Source: an uncultured archaeon
GTDB lineage: Archaea > Asgardarchaeota > Lokiarchaeia > Sigyniarchaeales > SOKP01
Reading direction: 5' to 3'
DNA: 64,000 bases
Assembly (NCBI GenBank): GCA_964388035.1
Contig: CAYLZE010000013.1
Span: 1 to 64,000 of the forward strand
The position numbers and the translations under genes are program-made. Shown one piece after another: positions 1-9,274 of this stretch; positions within the stretch are counted from its first letter, which is position 1; every line of letters begins with the position of its first letter. Below the pieces are notes generated by a model. That model was not told the origin of the DNA and searched no databases. It saw only the letters and a program-made list of their open reading frames with translations.

Positions 1-711
1 TCATTCTGTTATTCTCCAATAAAAAAAAAGTATTATTCAATAACAGAAAAAACTTTAAATTATTTAAAAAAAAAGATACTAAATATCCAAAATTTAAAAA
101 AAATATGCCTGGAAGATTTGTTGGATGTTGCATTAATTGCAGGTAGTGTGAGATTCCAAATTAGGGAGAATAATAGACAGATTTATAAATATGATATTAA
201 AAATTTTGAGTGGTACAATGATTTTGATTTAAAAGCTATTTTACCTTTTTTTGAGATTGTTTTAACAAGTAAATATCCTTATCAAGCTTTAATTTTTTTA
301 GACAAGATAGGGATCCTGAGATTTATTTTCCCTTTTCTTAATGATTTAATAGGTGTTGAGCAGGATAAAACACTTCATCCGGAAGGTGATGTTTTTAATC
401 ATACTATTCATTCTTTCCAATTTATTAAAAATCCTACACTAAGGTTATCAATTGGACTTTTACTGCACGATTACGGTAAATCATTATCGAGTAGAAAAAA
501 GAATTTTAGAGAACATTCAACATTAGGTGTCAGGAAAGTTAGAGAATTATTAAGACCTTTTGGGTATCCAAATACCTTTATTAAAGAACTCAAAAAATTT
601 AGCAAAGAACTGGCAAAAAAGGAACGTTGGCTGGTATTAAATAAAATTGATCTATTATCAAAATCAGAATTGCAATCCCGCACCAAATATATTTTAAAGC
701 ATCTAAAATGA
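1..711 (+). CDS. 5'-truncated bacterial-type CCA-adding/poly(A) polymerase HD-domain protein, chimeric with an ObgE-like fragment at its C-terminus
   Basis: The frame is open from position 1. Motifs 'GVEQDKTLHPEGDVFNHT' and 'LLHDYGK' match CCA/HD enzymes. The last ~40 aa (ELKKFSKELAKKERWLVLNKIDLL) resemble the ObgE G4 region. Confidence 0.6.
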   Translation, partial: SFCYSPIKKKYYSITEKTLNYLKKKILNIQNLKKICLEDLLDVALIAGSVRFQIRENNRQIYKYDIKNFEWYNDFDLKAILPFFEIVLTSKYPYQALIFLDKIGILRFIFPFLNDLIGVEQDKTLHPEGDVFNHTIHSFQFIKNPTLRLSIGLLLHDYGKSLSSRKKNFREHSTLGVRKVRELLRPFGYPNTFIKELKKFSKELAKKERWLVLNKIDLLSKSELQSRTKYILKHLK

Positions 712-758
712 AATATGGTTATTAATGAACCGATGGTGTATTCGTGCTAAACTAACAA

Positions 759-1328
759 TTAATCATCGATAACGATAATATCGTCAGTCTTTTCTTCCGA
801 TTTAGCATTTTCGATCTTAAATTTTTCTCTAAGCCCCTCCATGCTATTCAGCTTAAAGAATTCTGCGGCTTCTAAGCATATGGGATATTTTAGGGGATCT
901 TCGGGATTCGGATTTTCTACCAACATTTTTAAAGCTTTTGCCGTGGTCTCCAAATCCGAAAGTCTAGACCATTTCTTTAATACATTTAAGCATATATATC
1001 CCGTACCTTTTTCTTGAAAATAATTTGAATCAACAGGGTGAATATTTGGATGAAAAATATCAGAATTCCATAAAAAATCAATGCCTCCAGGATAGGGGAA
1101 GGATCGATTAATTTTCAATGCTATTCGATGGTGCTTTTTCGGTGTTAGATCGATTTTCCCCTCAACATTTCCCATGATAAACCCTAAAGCTTCAATATTT
1201 ATAATAAAATTAACGCTTTCTTCTTCATTAACAACAGAACCGGGCTCAATGACTTGTAAACTTTCAAGACATTTAATTTCATTATCGACCCGGTCTTTCC
1301 AAATCTCTTTAGGTAATTCTGGACTCAT
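759..1328 (-). CDS. Ubiquitin-conjugating enzyme E2 (UBC fold)
   Basis: HPN motif (IFHPNI), catalytic Cys in GYICLNVLKKWS, and NPNPEDPL. Confidence 0.92.
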   Translation of the reverse strand: MSPELPKEIWKDRVDNEIKCLESLQVIEPGSVVNEEESVNFIINIEALGFIMGNVEGKIDLTPKKHHRIALKINRSFPYPGGIDFLWNSDIFHPNIHPVDSNYFQEKGTGYICLNVLKKWSRLSDLETTAKALKMLVENPNPEDPLKYPICLEAAEFFKLNSMEGLREKFKIENAKSEEKTDDIIVIDD

Positions 1329-1488
1329 GGTATAATATACCTTTGTTGATCTTTATACTAATTATAAATAATTCAATAGAAAATATCTACTTTTTTCAAA
1401 GATATGTATTTAATTACACTAATATTTCTCTAAAAATTAATAAATTTTTACTTTTTAATTCTTTTTTAATTTTTAGTTGATCATTTAA

Positions 1489-2397
1489 TTATATCTTTTT
1501 CGCAATATAAGAGCAAACCCAACAGTCTGGATTTTTACTCTTATTTATAATATTAAAGTTGTTGGTAAGCCCATTATAATTCAGTTGCTTGCCGATGAGC
1601 GGTTCTCCAATATTTGGATGCCATTTGCCATGTTTATCAAAATAATCTGCGCCTAAAACAAATTTTAATACTTGTTGTGCTTGTAGTCCTCCAATTATGG
1701 ATGTTGTGGTGATTATAGTAGCCATTTTATCAATGGTTTCTCCATTTTCCGATTCTATTTCTTGTCCCGTGCAAGAAAATTTTTTCCACATGAGATCCAA
1801 ATCTTTAGGTGTGATGCTGCATTGTAAACAAGGTGCTTGCTTTACCTTGGAATATACCGCCTGAACACTTCCAAAAAATTCATCAATACCAGAATCTACG
1901 AAAGGTTTATTGTAATAATAGGCATAATTATTTGCTTGAAGTCGAGCTTCAACATTATCTAAGCAAGAACAAATTACATCGCATTGGTTATATAATTCTT
2001 TATCAATATCATTTAAATCTTGTTTTATGGGAATAATTTCCGTGTCAGGATTTAATTCTTCACAGGTTTTTTTCACCACATCTACCTTATAATCCTTAAT
2101 TTGAGCACTGATTTTGCCAAATAGCACACATCGATTTAAATTGGAAAGATTAATGATATCATAATCGATTAATATGATGGTCCCAATACCAGTTAAGACC
2201 AAGTTTTTAACTACTTCATTCCCTGTGGCGCCCGCTCCGATTATCATGATTTTAGCGCTCGCTATTTTGTGTTGGTCCCAACCTAAAATTCGTTTCTGTC
2301 TATCGTATTTATCGTCATCGATAGACCCCCGCTCTAATACTTTAACATTAGAATTACCTTCCTTACTATCCTCATTTTCTTCTATTTCATTTGTCAT
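1489..2397 (-). CDS. Ubiquitin-activating enzyme E1-like (ThiF/UBA family)
   Basis: YDRQ, GAGATG nucleotide-binding loop, SNLNR, CLDN, two Zn CxxC motifs (CLQC, CWVC) and a candidate catalytic Cys in FSCT. Confidence 0.93.
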   Translation of the reverse strand: MTNEIEENEDSKEGNSNVKVLERGSIDDDKYDRQKRILGWDQHKIASAKIMIIGAGATGNEVVKNLVLTGIGTIILIDYDIINLSNLNRCVLFGKISAQIKDYKVDVVKKTCEELNPDTEIIPIKQDLNDIDKELYNQCDVICSCLDNVEARLQANNYAYYYNKPFVDSGIDEFFGSVQAVYSKVKQAPCLQCSITPKDLDLMWKKFSCTGQEIESENGETIDKMATIITTTSIIGGLQAQQVLKFVLGADYFDKHGKWHPNIGEPLIGKQLNYNGLTNNFNIINKSKNPDCWVCSYIAKKI

Positions 2398-2503
2398 TAT
2401 CGGGGCGAATACCTCGTTTTTATGAAGTATATAGGCATCTTAAAGTTTTTTTTTAAAGGTTTTTTTAAATTCGCGATTTATTCAAAAGGAAATGTTTTTA
2501 AAT

Positions 2504-2995
2504 CTATGAAATGACCGCATATGCAATTTCTTTATAACCATTAACGGAATCATTTTCTAATGTAAAAAATGCTAATTCATCATTCATGGGATCAACAACC
2601 ATTGCAACTTGATATGATTCCGGAAAAAAGAATTTTTGTGTGTCTATATCCGTATTTGATAAAAAACAAGTAAAGCCTGGATGACTGTGCCACCACCCAA
2701 CAATCCTTAAATTTTCGTTTTTTCTTTTCAATTTTAACTTTTCGAATGCTTTTTCGTAGTTCCCTGCAGTACCTTCAATTTGTGAGGTGGAATACTGATC
2801 ACCATGTACTGAACCTTCAATGAATAAATGATCCTCAATAATAATATATAATTTTTTATTACATTGAAAAATGTTACCAGATAAATATCCAAAAATTTCT
2901 AATTCCGAACTTTTACAGAGTTTAATGATGTGTTTGATAACCGCTTCATGAACATATACAGGAAATACAAAATTTTTGTCAAATTTCAAGCGCAA
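2504..2995 (-). CDS. JAB/MPN+ (JAMM) metalloprotease, Rpn11-like deubiquitinase
   Basis: N-terminal E-I-F-G plus the JAMM motif GWWHSHPGFTCFLSNTD, and VVDP. Confidence 0.93.
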   Translation of the reverse strand: MRLKFDKNFVFPVYVHEAVIKHIIKLCKSSELEIFGYLSGNIFQCNKKLYIIIEDHLFIEGSVHGDQYSTSQIEGTAGNYEKAFEKLKLKRKNENLRIVGWWHSHPGFTCFLSNTDIDTQKFFFPESYQVAMVVDPMNDELAFFTLENDSVNGYKEIAYAVIS

Positions 2996-3048
2996 TTTTC
3001 TCTCAATTTATAATTATGATATTATACAGGAAAGATTTATCGTGATTG

Positions 3049-3957
3049 TTATTGGAGATCTTCAAATTGCTTTTTTGCTATTTTTTCTAAGATGGATTCT
3101 TCAATCATTTCTTTCAAAATTAAATGCAACTTCTTTTTAGCATCTTCTCCGATACAAGAGAGACCATAGGTTTTCTCACCAAAAACTTCTTGGATCTTAC
3201 TTGGTTTAAACGAAGTGTCTTTCAAATCTTGAAAATTTGCTATAATATAATAATCTGCTTTTTTAACCATGGACTTTAAAATTAAAAAGCTTTTTTTTGT
3301 TCTAGCGAGATTGCTTGCTGCAGAATTAGTGATAATACATATTATATCAACTGAATCCAATAATTGGCGATAAAGTTTTGAACTCTTGATTAATTCTTCT
3401 AAATCTATTTCTCTTAATACCACTTCTTTAATATTAGAAAATTCAGATACTTTAACCGGTTTTTGTATAATCTCAATAAGATCCTCATCCAATTCTAAAA
3501 CTGTTTCACCGGGGAATAAATTTAAAATACTGGTTTTTCCGACACCCGGTTCACCTACAAGCAAGATTTTAGGAGGGATATATAAATTTCTTTCTACATA
3601 TTCATCAAAATCTTCAAAAACACTGACTTCACCAGTCCAATTTTCCAATTGCTTTCTATATCGAGACACAAATTCTTTTTTTAATAATTCTATCTTATAT
3701 CGTGCTTCTTCTTCCAAATCATCGATATCTGTGACTAACACGAACATGCAATCGAGTTCCATATCATGGGAATAAATATAGTTAAAATTTCGGAAATTCA
3801 AAGATTTTACTTCTCCTCCCTTTATTTCCATTACAAAATTGCTAATCGCAGTTAAAAAACCTCCAATTAAATCATCGTGAATAGAAGAATTTCCAATTAA
3901 ATTTTTGGAATAAGCTAATAAGCCGCCAGAAGCTATTATTAATACCCGGGATATCAT
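3049..3957 (-). CDS. Longin-like domain fused to a divergent Ras-superfamily small GTPase domain
   Basis: N-terminal 'LIGGFLTAISNF' longin-type helix and P-loop GEPGVGKT. G4 reads NFQD and no DxxG is visible. Confidence 0.8.
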   Translation of the reverse strand: MISRVLIIASGGLLAYSKNLIGNSSIHDDLIGGFLTAISNFVMEIKGGEVKSLNFRNFNYIYSHDMELDCMFVLVTDIDDLEEEARYKIELLKKEFVSRYRKQLENWTGEVSVFEDFDEYVERNLYIPPKILLVGEPGVGKTSILNLFPGETVLELDEDLIEIIQKPVKVSEFSNIKEVVLREIDLEELIKSSKLYRQLLDSVDIICIITNSAASNLARTKKSFLILKSMVKKADYYIIANFQDLKDTSFKPSKIQEVFGEKTYGLSCIGEDAKKKLHLILKEMIEESILEKIAKKQFEDLQ

Positions 3958-4104
3958 GCAAAGAACACTCCTTTAACGATAAATTTTAGTAATAATAATA
4001 TATCTATGTTAGATTATCATCATTAAATTTTTCGAATTAATTTGAGTGTATTAACTATGAAATTCAAGTATAATATTTCTTTTTAAAAAATTTAGAAAAT
4101 TCAA

Positions 4105-4257
4105 GTGAATGCATTGAAAGATAAAAAAGAAGAAATAAGTTCGGAGGATCATCATCCTACCATCATCAGCACGGAAGAAAAGGAAATTCCCGAAAAGAAA
4201 CCTCCTAATAATAAAATTATTTTTTATAAAATTCCAAAAAAACATCAAAAGGATTAA
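4105..4257 (+). CDS. Possible 50-aa charged small protein
   Basis: Open frame GTG..TAA (VNALKDKKEEISSEDHHPT...KHQKD) with purine-rich, coding-like composition. It is below the ORF-track cutoff. Confidence 0.3.
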   Translation: MNALKDKKEEISSEDHHPTIISTEEKEIPEKKPPNNKIIFYKIPKKHQKD

Positions 4258-5549
4258 TTATCATTGTCATTTAATTGCCTATTGATAATTAATAATAATT
4301 TATTAACAGGAATTCTTGATTTTTCGCTTATTTCCCTTAAATCTTCAAATTCAGGCTTCATGTTAATAATTTTTTTTCCCGCAGAAGTTTCAATGAAGGA
4401 TAATTTATATCTTAATTGATAGGAAACTCCATTAATTTCAATCGTTTTCATTTCCATTTTTCTTTCCACGCAAGCTCTTTCAATGGTATGAAATCGCACA
4501 CCTAACGTTCCCAGCTCTTCGAATACCATTTCCATGATATTAAATGTGAGATGTGGATTGCATAATATTTTTATTACTTGCCCCGGTCTGTTCTTTTTTG
4601 TTAAGCTAGAAATTACTTGAATATCAAGAATCTCTTCCTTCTCCATCCTTTTGATGAAATTTCCAATAACCTCACCGGATATATCGTCAACGTCTGTTTC
4701 AATTTCCGTCACTTTTTCCACATATTTTCTTAAATAAAAAAATTCTTGGGAAATGTAAGGATTATCATTTAAATCCCCGTAAATTAATCTTAGAATGTTA
4801 GAGAAGTCGGGAAACTTTTTCTGACCACATCCATACCCTATTTTCTTAATTTTCATTTCTGGGAAATAATCCAAGGGTTTGGGGCTCAAATTAATTAATA
4901 AGGATGCTCCCGTGGGGGTGACCAATTCCGAAGGTACCGGTCCTCCTTTAAAAATTAGGGGAGAACCTTCAATAATCTTAGACGTAGCAGGTGCGGGTAC
5001 CGATAAGACGCCATGAGCTGTCGTCACCGTACCCCCTCCTAGGGGAACAAGACTACAATACACGGGAGAATTATTTTCAAAAATCTTCATTTCATCTAAG
5101 GCAATAGTTACTCCCGCTATGTCTATTAAGGTGTCCACCGAGCTTAATTCGTGTAAATGGATGTCTTCAACATCCTTACCGTGAACCTTGGCCTCTGCTT
5201 GTACTAAACTGTTCAATACATTTCGGGCATAATCACGTGCTGATTGTGAGAGAGACATTTCAGCCAAAAAATTGGTGAGACTTTCTTGTAATACCGTGAT
5301 TGTCCTGTGATGTTTTTTCTCCTTGATATCAATCTGTAATTGATTGACTTTCAAACCAAAACGATCCACTTTCCCGAGGTCTAAGGCTAATTTTGATATG
5401 CCCGATAAAAATTCGGGTAAAAGCCTTAAAGAGTTTAAAATCGTTTCCGGATTGGAACTCAAATCCAATAGAGAAGCCAAGAACATGTCTCCAGAAATAC
5501 CGGAATTTAACGCATCAATATAAAGACAGTTATTTTCATTCATGCTCAA
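4254..5549 (-). CDS. larC: Nickel pincer cofactor biosynthesis protein LarC (DUF111)
   Basis: GISGDMFL, AEAKVHG, HLHE, HGVLSVPAPAT, ELVTPTGA, ETDVDD, KKNRPG and KPEFED. Confidence 0.93.
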   Translation of the reverse strand: MSMNENNCLYIDALNSGISGDMFLASLLDLSSNPETILNSLRLLPEFLSGISKLALDLGKVDRFGLKVNQLQIDIKEKKHHRTITVLQESLTNFLAEMSLSQSARDYARNVLNSLVQAEAKVHGKDVEDIHLHELSSVDTLIDIAGVTIALDEMKIFENNSPVYCSLVPLGGGTVTTAHGVLSVPAPATSKIIEGSPLIFKGGPVPSELVTPTGASLLINLSPKPLDYFPEMKIKKIGYGCGQKKFPDFSNILRLIYGDLNDNPYISQEFFYLRKYVEKVTEIETDVDDISGEVIGNFIKRMEKEEILDIQVISSLTKKNRPGQVIKILCNPHLTFNIMEMVFEELGTLGVRFHTIERACVERKMEMKTIEINGVSYQLRYKLSFIETSAGKKIINMKPEFEDLREISEKSRIPVNKLLLIINRQLNDNDN

Positions 5550-5688
5550 TATAGTTAATAAAAAAAATGATAATAAATTAATTATAATGAACAGATTTCA
5601 AGATAATTAAATAAATTGGTTAATCACCATAATATTATTAGCATGAAGTATTATTTTAAATACAGTAAATGATAAAAAAAGTAAAGCC

Positions 5689-6423
5689 ATGTCGGAACTT
5701 CAAACTATAAAATGTTATATAGACCAATTTCCCGCCACTTTTTTGAAATTACTGAATATTGACCCTCCCTTGAGCATTATTCCGGATCCCATCCAAGAGA
5801 TTTTGGATATTTATCAAGGAATTGACCGCATCACGATCAACATGATAGATAATTTTGGACTATTTGAAATCACGTATCTCAAGCCGGAATTCATGATTAC
5901 CAATTCCCAAGTAATGCTTTTATTATCTACCAAGAATCCTTATACTCTCGGTGTCTTGCATCAGATCATGTTCGGTGGATTTGAAGTACAGCCAAATGGT
6001 TTTCACTTTTTAAAATATCTCAATGCAAAAGGTAAATCTTCCTGTCTGGTCATGAGAAAAAAGGATTTGGACAGGTATGATGGAGGAACCTATTCAATTG
6101 CTAAAGATACGGATATGGCCACCTGGGTTGAATCAGCAAAAATCATTAACAATTATAATCTTTCCTGGATGCATTATTTAGACTTCGAAAATCTCCATAA
6201 AACCCAAAAGAAAATGATGCAGAGAACCCCCGAAGAATTGGTCCAAAAATTATTGATTCGCACGGATAAATGGATTTTAGGAAACTATAAACAACTTCGG
6301 GAAAACTCTCTCATGGTAATTATCGGTACTCATGGAAGAGCTAAAATGGATTTCAAGTATTCGGGAAAGATCGCTCAATGGCGTGAAGCCAGCGTGCCTA
6401 TCGCAATCTTTATTAAGAAATAA
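5689..6423 (+). CDS. Divergent alkaline-phosphatase-superfamily (type I phosphodiesterase-like) protein
   Basis: QFPATFLKLLNI, ITINMIDNFG, HYLDFENLH, VIIGTHG and ASVPI map onto AP-superfamily core motifs, with substituted metal ligands. Confidence 0.5.
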   Translation: MSELQTIKCYIDQFPATFLKLLNIDPPLSIIPDPIQEILDIYQGIDRITINMIDNFGLFEITYLKPEFMITNSQVMLLLSTKNPYTLGVLHQIMFGGFEVQPNGFHFLKYLNAKGKSSCLVMRKKDLDRYDGGTYSIAKDTDMATWVESAKIINNYNLSWMHYLDFENLHKTQKKMMQRTPEELVQKLLIRTDKWILGNYKQLRENSLMVIIGTHGRAKMDFKYSGKIAQWREASVPIAIFIKK

Positions 6424-6471
6424 CGAGTAGGAAGTTACTAGATAGAAAGTAATTGATCTAGATGTAAAACA

Positions 6472-7047
6472 ATGGAAGATAAAAAGGATTATAAACGCTT
6501 TACCATCTCTCTTCCGCGCGACCTCTTTAAAGAGTTTGAAGCATATAGGAAAAGTATTAATTTTTCCCGTTCCGAAAGCATCCGAAAAGCGATGCGCACC
6601 TTCATGGATAGTGAAGAAGAGATCCTGAAATCTTCGGGAGATGTGGTCGGATGCCTGACCATGATCATGACCCACGAACATTTTTTTACAAGTCATGAAC
6701 ATTTACATGAACATGAACATGAACATTCTCAAGATATTTCACCTATTGAGGATAACGAATCGAAAATAAATACAGAATCCCACCAATATGATACCCATCA
6801 TAATCATGATTATTCGGTAGGAAGTATTTATGCGGATGTCACGCAGACTGATCTGATCAAAAATAATGATATTCAACATCATTATGCGGATATTATCATA
6901 TCAACCATGCATGTTCATTTGGCATTCGATAAATGCTTGGAAATATTGGCAATTCAAGGGCCAATCGAGCGGGTAATAACATTAAAGAATGCACTCCAAA
7001 AACTTAAATCGATTATAAAAATCAACCTCGTCCTTGGATTGAAGTAA
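6472..7047 (+). CDS. nikR: NikR family nickel-responsive regulator with a His-rich insertion
   Basis: N-terminal ribbon-helix-helix (RFTISLP..SRSESIRKAMR). C-terminal IQHH..STMHVH..KCLE carries the Ni ligands. Confidence 0.88.
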   Translation: MEDKKDYKRFTISLPRDLFKEFEAYRKSINFSRSESIRKAMRTFMDSEEEILKSSGDVVGCLTMIMTHEHFFTSHEHLHEHEHEHSQDISPIEDNESKINTESHQYDTHHNHDYSVGSIYADVTQTDLIKNNDIQHHYADIIISTMHVHLAFDKCLEILAIQGPIERVITLKNALQKLKSIIKINLVLGLK

Positions 7048-7090
7048 GAAAAGACAAGAAATACATGAAGAAATAAAGAAGAGAGGTATT

Positions 7091-7253
7091 ATGGGAATAA
7101 AAATTTCGAGGTATTGACAGAAAAAGAAGTTTTGATAAGGCGATTTATGTTGAAATTTTTATTCCATTAAATGGTCGTGTTGCACCAAAGAAGGTTTTTA
7201 TCCAATATAAATACCAAGATGATGATGATTTTCTAATTTATGAGAAAAAATAG
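7091..7253 (+). pseudogene. Possible frameshifted small gene (~53 aa)
   Basis: GAGAGG precedes the ATG at 7091. Removing one A from the run at ~7099-7103 gives MGIKFRGIDRKRSFDKAIYVEIFIPLNGRVAPKKVFIQYKYQDDDDFLIYEKK*. Confidence 0.35.
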
Positions 7254-7317
7254 TATGCAAAAAAAAGTATAAAAAAATTAGATATGAAAAAAAAAGATTA
7301 TTAGATAGTTAACAAAC

Positions 7318-7530
7318 TTACAAATCTTTTTCTTGAACTGTCTTGCGACCGTTTGCCTTTGCCCTTCCGATCGCCTTATCTAAAATTTCGATAAGAACTT
7401 TGTTTAAAGCATCTCCATCAATCAAATCTCCACTGGTGTTGCAACCTTTAGATTTGATATATTCTCGGACCTTGCTTTTAACAAAAAGGGTATCAGCTCC
7501 ACCCGCTTTTTCAGCAGCTTTTTTTGCCAT
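7318..7530 (-). CDS. Histone-fold protein, short alpha3-truncated (face-to-face/Bd0055-like) type with a Lys/Ala N-terminal extension
   Basis: GGAGG RBS before the ATG at 7530; 70 aa. LFVKSKVREYIK and RAKANGRKTVQEKDL (RxTxxxxD at the very C-terminus). Confidence 0.88.
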   Translation of the reverse strand: MAKKAAEKAGGADTLFVKSKVREYIKSKGCNTSGDLIDGDALNKVLIEILDKAIGRAKANGRKTVQEKDL

Positions 7531-7957
7531 GTTTTTATTCCTCCATTTTATTTGTATAATACTTGAATAAATATTGTATTTTAAATAATAATGTGTTAAT
7601 CTCATTTAAAAACGTTTTGGTAAATTCCTCTTAAATGATGAATAAATCACCTCTAGATCATCTCTAGAATAAAAAAGGTTATAGAATCTATTGTGCCTAA
7701 TTTACGACACTTCCCCATTACAATGAAAATTCTTTCCCTAAAATCATAATGGGAAGGAAATTTTTAAAGTTTTGGAATTCCGATTAATTATATACTAAGC
7801 TTTTCTACATCAAAATAATCATAAAAAAAAGAAATAGAGTGGAACTGATATCGAAATTGTACAAGCATATAAGTTGGTTTGTGATTTTTTTTATATATTA
7901 TAAATTGAATTTTAAATAATATTGATATAATTGGATGAATGTGGACTGGTGAATTAA

Positions 7958-8956
7958 TTGACAAGAGTAATTTTTTCAAGAGCGCCGGTTAGGATCTGCG
8001 ATATTGGAGGCTGGACAGATACTTGGTTTTATCCCAATGGTGCTGTTTTCAATATGGCCATTGATTTATATAGCCATGTTAGGCTTCAAGAAAACAAGGA
8101 TCAAAAGGTTAGGATAATTAGTGAAAATCTAAACGTCAAAACAGAAATAAAGAGTTATAGAAAAATAGAATATAATGGGAATTTGGACTTATTGAAAGCT
8201 GCCGTGAAACGAATGGAGATAGAGCACGGATTAGATATTTTTATTAGGGCAGATATCCCTCCGGGGTCGGGTATTGGCACGAGCGCTAGTGTTGCAGTAG
8301 CATTACTCGCGGCACTTGCGAGATATAAGGGAGAATCCATAATTCCGCATGAGATTGCATCAATGGCCCATAAATTAGAAACGGAAGAATTAAATTTAGA
8401 AAGTGGGGTTCAAGATCAATATGCCGCGGCATTTGGGGGAATTAATTTCATGGAAATTGATTATCCTCGAGTTAAGCTCCACCCTATTCACCTTGGAGAT
8501 CAAATGATTTGTCAAATTGAAAGCCAAATGATGCTGGTATATTTGAATTCCCGAAGTTCTAGCGAAATGCATAAAAATGTGATAAAAAAGTACATGCAAG
8601 GCGACACCAATATTCAACAACTCTTTAATACCTTAAAGAATTGTGCGATAGAAATGAAATCAGCAGTACACTCAAAAAATATTTCAGATTTTGCAACGAT
8701 AATGAATAAAAACTGGAATGCTCAAAAAAATCTCCATCCTCTCATGAATACCGAAGCGATAACAAAAATTGAAAAATTTGTTAATGAAAATGGAGCAATT
8801 GGATTTAAATGTAATGGCGCCGGAGGAGGAGGTTCCATTACTCTTCTTGCCGATGTAGGAAAGGAATTTGACTTGAAAAAAAAAATAAGCGATGCAAAAT
8901 ATACTATCCTTCCAGTTAATCTAAATTTTAAAGGGCTTCAAACTTGGGAAAAATAA
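7958..8956 (+). CDS. GHMP kinase, HddA/heptose-7-phosphate kinase-like
   Basis: RAPVRI..GGWTD, PPGSGIGTSAS, GVQDQYAAAFGG and GAGGGG. Confidence 0.88.
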   Translation: MTRVIFSRAPVRICDIGGWTDTWFYPNGAVFNMAIDLYSHVRLQENKDQKVRIISENLNVKTEIKSYRKIEYNGNLDLLKAAVKRMEIEHGLDIFIRADIPPGSGIGTSASVAVALLAALARYKGESIIPHEIASMAHKLETEELNLESGVQDQYAAAFGGINFMEIDYPRVKLHPIHLGDQMICQIESQMMLVYLNSRSSSEMHKNVIKKYMQGDTNIQQLFNTLKNCAIEMKSAVHSKNISDFATIMNKNWNAQKNLHPLMNTEAITKIEKFVNENGAIGFKCNGAGGGGSITLLADVGKEFDLKKKISDAKYTILPVNLNFKGLQTWEK

Positions 8957-9274
8957 TGTATTGTTGATTATAAATCATCATTATTTAGATTAGGAAGGAA
9001 CCTAAATTCTTTCATTCCTATACCCTTCTTTTCTTTAGATTTTTTTTAAGAAAATAGAAGCGAAATCTTCTCACCTACAATTAAAATCCTCAGAAAACAA
9101 GATGCAAGATAAAAAAGTAGAGCGCATATAAAAAATTAAGATCAATTATTTATATTCTGATAAATATCATTTTTATGTATTATAGCTTTTAAAGGGAAGA
9201 GTGTATTCTCTAATTCCTTTAATTTCAATTTAGATTTCTCCTTGAAATTCACAGAAAAGGAGTGTTTTTTTCAA

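Noticed and set aside
709-711. TGA read as Trp (alternative genetic code) in the ObgE-like fragment
   Set aside because: It is a single instance next to a suspected junction, and a nearby Trp uses TGG, so evidence is insufficient.
7531-7605. Longer N-terminus for the histone
   Set aside because: The GGAGG RBS sits directly before ATG 7530; the upstream sequence is promoter-like.
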